In this document: positions 58,007 through 64,000 of the stretch, one piece after another
How positions within the stretch are numbered: position 1 is the first letter of the stretch
Layout: each line of letters begins with the position of its first letter
NCBI GenBank assembly: GCA_030613005.1
Contig: JAUWMV010000001.1
Coordinates: 7,771 to 71,770 of the forward strand
Origin: a bacterium
Lineage (GTDB): Bacteria; UBP14; UBA6098; B30-G16
DNA: 64,000 nt
Reading direction: 5' to 3'
Translations under genes and position numbers: made by a program
The notes under the pieces: generated by a model
Told to the model about the DNA's origin: nothing
The model's input: only the letters and a program-made list of their open reading frames with translations
Database searches by the model: none

Positions 58007-59231
58007 CTATTTTACAGTAATCGACATAGGATCATCAAAATTGGCTGTGGCAGTATGTAATATTGACAACAATAAAGTTATTATAGACGTATTATCTATT
58101 GGTTCAATTACGGGTGTTGAAAAGGGTGTTGTTAATAATGCTGAAAAACTTTCAAAATCCATCGGTAGGGTTGTCAGTGATGCTAATCGTTTGTCAGCCA
58201 AAAATATCAAGAGTGTTTATGTAATTGTTAGTGGAATAATTGTGGAATCTACATTAGCTAAGGGTTACAAAATTACCTCAGATGATGCTAAGGGTGTTGT
58301 GCTCGAAGACATTCAAAAGATTTTGGAATCTGCCAATAAGCGATCGATTCCAGCAGACCATAAAATTTTTGATTTTGCATTACCAAAACTCAAGGCGAGA
58401 GTCCTTCCGGGCTCAGAAATATTCATTAAGTCATTACAAAAAGAGATTGAAAGTGAAGTTCTTCTTTTCCATACTCAAAAGACGTATTTAGAACAGATTT
58501 TCTCGATTGTGATGAATGCAGGATATGAGTTAGAGGAGTTTATTGCAGGACCTCTTGCCACTGCTCAGGCGGTTATCGAGGAAAAAGATAAAATAAGCGG
58601 TGTAATCGTCTTGGATATTGGAGCGTCGAGCGTTGAAGTGTTAGCCTATTCTAAAGGGCGACCGATATTTTCAGGCGTTATTCCTATTGCAGGGAATAAT
58701 ATTTCCAATGACATGAAATACTTATTCAATTATTCTCCGGATGTCGCTGAGAATATAGTTGTGAAATATGGTAAAGCAATATCCGAGGGTATCGATGAGA
58801 ATGAGAAAATCAATATTGATAGAGGGAACGGGGATGGACCTGAGACTTTAGACTATAAGTATTTTGTATCGATAATTGAAGCTCGATTAGAAGAAATTTT
58901 TAATTTAGTAAAAAAACTTATTAACTCAAAAGGGATTGAAATAAATTCTGAGATGTTTCCAGCTGGGATTGTCTTAACTGGCGGTTGCTCCCTAATATCC
59001 GATATTGACAAATTAGCGGGAAGAGTCTTTAAACTTCCCATAAACATACCTGTTATAGAATCGGAATATATTTCATCAAATTTTTATAAGCCTGCCACAT
59101 TATCGACAATAATGGGTGCAACAAAACTTGTTGGAATAAGAAAAGGATATAAGAATTCTTTAGAACCTGAATGCAATAAGTCTCAGCGTTTATGGGAAAC
59201 ATTGAAAGAATGGATACTTGGAAATATCTGA
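57996..59231 (+). CDS. ftsA: Cell-division protein FtsA. The start is chosen at ATG 57996 (MKNNYFTVIDIGSSK); the track ORF begins at 57966.
   Basis: Actin-fold motifs VIDIGSSK, VLDIGASS and TGGCS. Confidence 0.9.
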   Translation: MKNNYFTVIDIGSSKLAVAVCNIDNNKVIIDVLSIGSITGVEKGVVNNAEKLSKSIGRVVSDANRLSAKNIKSVYVIVSGIIVESTLAKGYKITSDDAKGVVLEDIQKILESANKRSIPADHKIFDFALPKLKARVLPGSEIFIKSLQKEIESEVLLFHTQKTYLEQIFSIVMNAGYELEEFIAGPLATAQAVIEEKDKISGVIVLDIGASSVEVLAYSKGRPIFSGVIPIAGNNISNDMKYLFNYSPDVAENIVVKYGKAISEGIDENEKINIDRGNGDGPETLDYKYFVSIIEARLEEIFNLVKKLINSKGIEINSEMFPAGIVLTGGCSLISDIDKLAGRVFKLPINIPVIESEYISSNFYKPATLSTIMGATKLVGIRKGYKNSLEPECNKSQRLWETLKEWILGNI

Positions 59232-59343
59232 ATTGAAAATATAAAGGAGAAAAGATGAGCAATAAGCAATTGCCGGTGAAAAAGGCTGTAAATACGAAAA
59301 TAATGACTTGGAAAAATCTTAAAAAAGTAACAAGGAGGGAGTC

Positions 59344-60639
59344 ATGTCTTTTGAATTAGCTCCAGAGGAGTTCGATGTAAGAAAAGTAGCACGGTTAAAA
59401 GTTTTTGGTGTCGGTGGTGCTGGAGGCAATGCCGTAACAAGGATGATCGAATCCGGGCTATATGGCGTGGATTTCTTTGCTGTTAATACTGATCTTCAGG
59501 CTCTGGACCGATGTGCTGCACCTATAAAAGTTCATATAGGCTCAAAGATGACCAGAGGTCTTGGTGCTGGTGGAGATCCAGAAATAGGAAGAAAAGCTGC
59601 AGAGGAGGATAAAGATCAATTAAAATCATTTCTTGAAGAAACGGATATGCTATTTGTTACAGCAGGAATGGGAGGTGGTACAGGAACAGGAGCAGCTCCT
59701 GTACTTGTTAAACTATCCAGAGAAATTGGTATTCTCACCGTAGCTGTCGTAACAAAACCTTTTAAGTTTGAAGCAAAAAGTAGACAACTCAATGCGGAAA
59801 AAGGGATTGAAGAGCTTAAAAGCATCGTTGATACGCTGATAGTTATTCCTAATGAGCGATTGTTAAGTCTTGTGGATAGAGATACGCCAATATTGAAAGC
59901 ATTTGCTATGGCAGATGAAGTTCTGTTTCATGCGACACAAGGAATCTCAGAGCTTATAACCAAACCGGGAATGATTAATCTCGATTTCGCGGATGTAAGA
60001 ACTGTCCTTGAAGGAATGGGCGGTGATGCTCTAATAGGAACAGGTTTTGCATCTGGAGAGAATCGTGCTATTGAAGCAGCCAAGAATGCAATTTCCAGTC
60101 CTCTTCTTGAGAATCTTAATATAACCGGTTCAAAGGGTGTATTAATAAACGTTTCAGGAGATCTATCATTGAGTCTTGCTGAGGCATCTGATGCCGCAAA
60201 TTTAATTGCTGAACAGGCTGGACCAGAGGCAAACATAATTTTTGGTGTCGTTGTCGATGATGATAAGCAGGACGAGATTCGAATTACAGTAATCGCAGCA
60301 GGATTCCAGCAGAATCAGAGAAACCGTCGTATGAGAGCACCGGTTACAGCAGCTCAAAGGTTTTCAAGAAGCTTCGACTATGCGGAAGGTGATAATTCAA
60401 CCGAAGAGACCAATACAACTTATAATGATGCGCCTAAGAATAAATTATATACTACTCGAAACCCAAATTTTGTGCCGGAATCTGAGTTTATGAAAGAAAA
60501 TTTGGGAAAAGAGATCGATGCTATGGAGACTGAAGTAGATTCTGATTTTGAAGAAGTAGAAAAAATTAAATTGCCAGGACTAATGGATTTTGCGCCTGAA
60601 GATTACGAAATTCCGTCTATATTACGAAAAATAGATTAA
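59344..60639 (+). CDS. ftsZ: Cell-division GTPase FtsZ.
   Basis: GVGGAGGNAV and tubulin signature GGGTGTGAAP. A long acidic C-terminal tail ends in a conserved peptide. Confidence 0.97.
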   Translation: MSFELAPEEFDVRKVARLKVFGVGGAGGNAVTRMIESGLYGVDFFAVNTDLQALDRCAAPIKVHIGSKMTRGLGAGGDPEIGRKAAEEDKDQLKSFLEETDMLFVTAGMGGGTGTGAAPVLVKLSREIGILTVAVVTKPFKFEAKSRQLNAEKGIEELKSIVDTLIVIPNERLLSLVDRDTPILKAFAMADEVLFHATQGISELITKPGMINLDFADVRTVLEGMGGDALIGTGFASGENRAIEAAKNAISSPLLENLNITGSKGVLINVSGDLSLSLAEASDAANLIAEQAGPEANIIFGVVVDDDKQDEIRITVIAAGFQQNQRNRRMRAPVTAAQRFSRSFDYAEGDNSTEETNTTYNDAPKNKLYTTRNPNFVPESEFMKENLGKEIDAMETEVDSDFEEVEKIKLPGLMDFAPEDYEIPSILRKID

Positions 60640-60779
60640 TCCTTTTTAGATAAGCTTACTTTAAGCCCGAGCATAAAGGTTCGAGCCTAATTAAACTTAA
60701 TCTATATTTGAACTTTTATAGTATACATGCTTTGACTATTTCGAATGTAAACGGTTAAGGGTTATGCAGAAAAACGAGT

Positions 60780-63700
60780 CTATCGAGCGTTTGTATTGTC
60801 TGGGGGTATGTCTTCATTAACTTGAGGAAAAGGTATCACACTGTCGCAGCCAAGTAATGCTGCATCGATGTTGATGTTATGCATATAAGTCTCTCTCCAA
60901 AGTCTAATTAAATAATTTCCGGGAGCAAGCTCGATTATACCATTATTAATAAGGTTCCAGCAACAATTTCCCTTTTGTATAAAGCCAACTAAACTCGAGG
61001 GTAAATTGGCAATGAGGGAAACTGTATCATTTCCTAATACTTTAATTTTATGGATATGAACTTGGCTTTCGGTGAGTTGCTTTACATCGACGATAAGTCT
61101 GACATCAGTTGGACCGAAATTGTCAATCAAAACAGCTTTATCTCTATCCGGATCGAAAGTGGGTGGGAAAGGAGGATAAGGAACATCGAATTTCTTGTCC
61201 AAAGTGTTTAATGCCGTCGTATCCATTCCAAAAATCAAAACAGAAATGGTATCATCCAAAGCATCGATAGCTGTTAACGTGCATGCATATTGTGGAAAGA
61301 AAAGAGTATCCGTTATACACGCATGAAAGATGTCACAATTTATATGGATTGCAGTATTCTCATGAGCAAAGAGCCAATATCCTCTTGAAGGTTCAAGATA
61401 ATCATCTGCTCTAATGTACTTTGAATTAATCCTATCCCAATCCCATATTGTTAGGTTTAAATGTGTATCCGAACGAAAATATGAAGAAGGAATAGGAATA
61501 TCCCACGGTCCGAATAAATTCCAGCCTTGAAGAAACGTAACTGAGGTGTCGGGAATCGATTCAGGATTGAAAAAATTTATTCTAAGTTCGCTATTTATCC
61601 AGCTCAGACTATCATGATAGAACCAAAATCCCATGAATTTCTCTGGTGACCACGTACTGCAACTGTGAAAACTATATGATTGAGTTGAATTGTCAAAATA
61701 TGTTAATTTTATCGAATCTGAACTAAAAATCCAAGTTAACTTTTCGCAGAAAGTATAATCAGTAATGTCTTGTGGATCACCGCTGCATAAGTTTAGCTTT
61801 GGCAAATTAAAGAAAGAATCGGGAAAGAACATAATTGTATAGCTTGAATCTAGAATATTATCGCTTTCGTTCCATTCATTAATATCGCTATAAATATCAA
61901 CCTCGACTTTGAATCTGTTATATAATGGGTGAGGATCATTTCGAGTAATGATAAAAACGGCAGTATCGGGATAAGCTCCCAGAAAAGGCAATGTGTCATA
62001 GGTAACATAGCTGTCGCAGAAAGAATAAAATATTGTCTTAAAAACAAAGGAACTTTCAACTGCTACTTCAGATAGATTTGCAATACTGACTTCTAAGGTG
62101 CATCCCTTGTAGAACGGTGTTGAACTCATTTTTATTTTGCCTACTGTGAGATTTGGAAGACCAAATGAAGGAATGATTTTCAGAGCTGGATCACCAAAAA
62201 GAGAATATTCGTTTTTATCGATATATTTTGCAGCACAAATTTCGCCAGCAAGTGAATAGTAATTATTAAATATATTTTTAATCATTATGTCACCTTTTGT
62301 GCTTGTACGGACAGCGCCAATGTATCCAATTGCACCTTTGTTCGCAGCATTAGTGAGTTCTTCACCTATGCAATCAAAATCTTTGTGCCAAAATTCTCCA
62401 GTATAGCAACTATGGACGATATAAAACGAATTGACTCCATCAGAAATATCTTCAATGTCTTCCTTATCGAATTGACCCCAACCCCATGCGCCTGCCCAAC
62501 CATGATTGTAGTGAATTACCCAGAATCTACCGTTGTTAATTTGATTTACAATGCTTTCACCTGTGACCCTGGCTTCAGCAGTGTCAGTGCTAAAAGTGTC
62601 TACAAGGATCACATTATCCCAAGATAAAGTTGGTGGTTTGTCTTCACCAACTAGATAATAATCTGTATAATTAATAGGTTCAATAGGGAATTGATTTGCA
62701 AAATTCCACATTTTAGCTTCATCTCTTGCATCGTACATTACACCTGCTCCACACATACCAGATACACAGAGTACTTGAAAATATGCTGCTGTATCGGGTG
62801 GGAGGGAATTTGGAATAGCGTTTTCATACGATTTAGTTTTCTTTACAATATTCCTAAGCTGTGTCGTATTACCCACTGGGAAACGACCCACATATATATC
62901 AGGTAAATTATCAGTGCAACTATCAATATCACCGTATTCCATATCAGAACCTGATTCATCCATCCAAAATCCATGAGTACTATCAAAAGTGCTATCTGGA
63001 TTATACTCAGGAATAAGGTAGTTTGTGCGTCTTACATTGTCGTTAGCATCACCAATAAGGAGTATGAATCCTAATTTGCCATCAGAGAAAGAAGGAGCGT
63101 AGCAAGAATCGTAAACATCTCTTATGCACATTTTAAGTTTTTCCCATTCTTCACTTAATGAGGAATAATGATCGTGAATAGCTTTATAGGGTATTGCTAA
63201 AACTTTAAATTGATTCAAATTTTTTCTGTGATTTCCAATTGTGTCAATCCAGCTGTTACCCCAGAATGTATCTGCAACGATCATTAAGTAATCGCATGTG
63301 TCCATAGAAAATAAAGCTGTAATAGAACTTACCGTGTCATATGAACCGCCAGTACTTTCCGGATGGAAAGGTGCAACGAATGCAGGCATATGCTCAGAAT
63401 TTAGAAGGAAAGAACGGCAGATATTTGACATAGGTCCAGCATCTGTGCAAACTTCAGATGATGAGCCATAAAAATCAACTTTTATACTTATAAATGAATG
63501 GACAGTTAATATACTATCATAGGCATTATAACGAAAAGGAGTTAAAGTAAATTCTAAAACTCTTTGCCCTCTTATATAACCAATCGATGTATTAAAATTA
63601 ATGGAAGGATAAAGGGTATCCTGACTCGTATAATAGTTCGAATCCATTGAGAATTCATAATGGTAGCCTATAGAATCTCTGATGAACTTAGGGACAGGAT

Positions 63701-64000
63701 AAATTAAAATATTGTGGAACGTTTTACTAATTTCATAATTCAAAGTAACAATGAAAGAATCACATTCTGGAATTGCGACTTGATCAATTATTAACGGCAA
63801 CTCGGGTAGTCCAACAGAATCTGTTGAAGCAAATATATCTTTTATGCTAATTCTATAAAATGAAGTTTGATTTTCAGATAAAGTATCTATCTCAAAACCC
63901 GGAATTTGGTAGAGTATTTCTATGTAATCGGTATTTGAATTTATTAAGTTTATGGATACTATGGAATCATCCGAATCGGTTTCCAATTTGATCCATCCCG
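60780..64000 (-). CDS. Very large secreted cysteine peptidase of the C25 (gingipain-like) family with a probable C-terminal secretion/sorting domain. The N-terminus lies beyond the window end.
   Basis: More than 1068 aa with no stop before base 64000. The His motif HYNHGWAGAWGWG and Cys motif HSCYTGEF have the spacing of clan CD C25 peptidases. The protein is Asp/Ser/Thr-rich. The C-terminal ~80 aa form a beta-rich segment, as in T9SS CTDs. Confidence 0.55.
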   Translation of the reverse strand, partial: GWIKLETDSDDSIVSINLINSNTDYIEILYQIPGFEIDTLSENQTSFYRISIKDIFASTDSVGLPELPLIIDQVAIPECDSFIVTLNYEISKTFHNILIYPVPKFIRDSIGYHYEFSMDSNYYTSQDTLYPSINFNTSIGYIRGQRVLEFTLTPFRYNAYDSILTVHSFISIKVDFYGSSSEVCTDAGPMSNICRSFLLNSEHMPAFVAPFHPESTGGSYDTVSSITALFSMDTCDYLMIVADTFWGNSWIDTIGNHRKNLNQFKVLAIPYKAIHDHYSSLSEEWEKLKMCIRDVYDSCYAPSFSDGKLGFILLIGDANDNVRRTNYLIPEYNPDSTFDSTHGFWMDESGSDMEYGDIDSCTDNLPDIYVGRFPVGNTTQLRNIVKKTKSYENAIPNSLPPDTAAYFQVLCVSGMCGAGVMYDARDEAKMWNFANQFPIEPINYTDYYLVGEDKPPTLSWDNVILVDTFSTDTAEARVTGESIVNQINNGRFWVIHYNHGWAGAWGWGQFDKEDIEDISDGVNSFYIVHSCYTGEFWHKDFDCIGEELTNAANKGAIGYIGAVRTSTKGDIMIKNIFNNYYSLAGEICAAKYIDKNEYSLFGDPALKIIPSFGLPNLTVGKIKMSSTPFYKGCTLEVSIANLSEVAVESSFVFKTIFYSFCDSYVTYDTLPFLGAYPDTAVFIITRNDPHPLYNRFKVEVDIYSDINEWNESDNILDSSYTIMFFPDSFFNLPKLNLCSGDPQDITDYTFCEKLTWIFSSDSIKLTYFDNSTQSYSFHSCSTWSPEKFMGFWFYHDSLSWINSELRINFFNPESIPDTSVTFLQGWNLFGPWDIPIPSSYFRSDTHLNLTIWDWDRINSKYIRADDYLEPSRGYWLFAHENTAIHINCDIFHACITDTLFFPQYACTLTAIDALDDTISVLIFGMDTTALNTLDKKFDVPYPPFPPTFDPDRDKAVLIDNFGPTDVRLIVDVKQLTESQVHIHKIKVLGNDTVSLIANLPSSLVGFIQKGNCCWNLINNGIIELAPGNYLIRLWRETYMHNINIDAALLGCDSVIPFPQVNEDIPPDNTNAR

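Noticed and set aside
60640-60779. Possible terminator after ftsZ (GCTTA-ctt-TAAGC followed by CCGAGC…CGAGC).
   Set aside because: The stem is only 5 bp and has no T-run. The two CGAGC elements are direct rather than inverted repeats.

Overview
This 64-kb window is a low-GC bacterial chromosomal segment made almost entirely of core genes in standard genetic code; TAA, TGA and TAG all serve as stops (murC ends in TAG). The gene content (T9SS-type C25 peptidase, AsrAB/HydBG-like oxidoreductase) suggests an FCB-group or candidate-phylum genome, but that placement is inference only.

The window contains, in order:
- The tail of a partner-switching module: PP2C phosphatase, RsbW-like kinase, STAS antagonist, and a 491-aa HATPase–GNAT fusion protein.
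- A minus-strand cluster of metabolic genes, including an ABC ATPase–aminotransferase–ferredoxin operon.
- A free-standing tRNA-Ala/tRNA-Ile pair.
- tRNA-Trp–secE–nusG–rplK–rplA–rplJ–rplL–rpoB–rpoC–rpsL. The str operon stops after rpsL and is followed by a TPR lipoprotein and a stop-disrupted PDZ-domain gene remnant.
- A DUF4381-like protein with a MoxR ATPase, a cupin, an AsrA/AsrB (HydB/HydG)-like iron-sulfur flavoprotein pair, pyrR-pyrB, and murA.
- An opposite-strand P-loop kinase with an unrecognised N-terminal domain, gpsA, a TPR protein, a TPR–TolB-propeller–OmpA fusion, and an M42 peptidase.
- Two tandem tRNA-Ser genes, an MscS-like channel, exbB-exbD-exbD-tonB, and clpP.
- A complete dcw cluster (mraZ-rsmH-ftsL-ftsI-murE-murF-mraY-murD-ftsW-murG-murC-murB-ftsQ-ftsA-ftsZ) with a recognisable MraZ operator.
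- On the minus strand, a >1068-aa gingipain-like (C25) peptidase that runs off the window end.

I found no CRISPR array, transposase, integrase or rRNA gene. The candidates most worth a second look are the partner-switching cassette whose output looks like an acetyltransferase, the P-loop kinase with a novel N-domain, the AsrAB-like pair without AsrC, the truncated str operon next to the PDZ pseudogene, and the lipoprotein with a pseudopilin-like domain.
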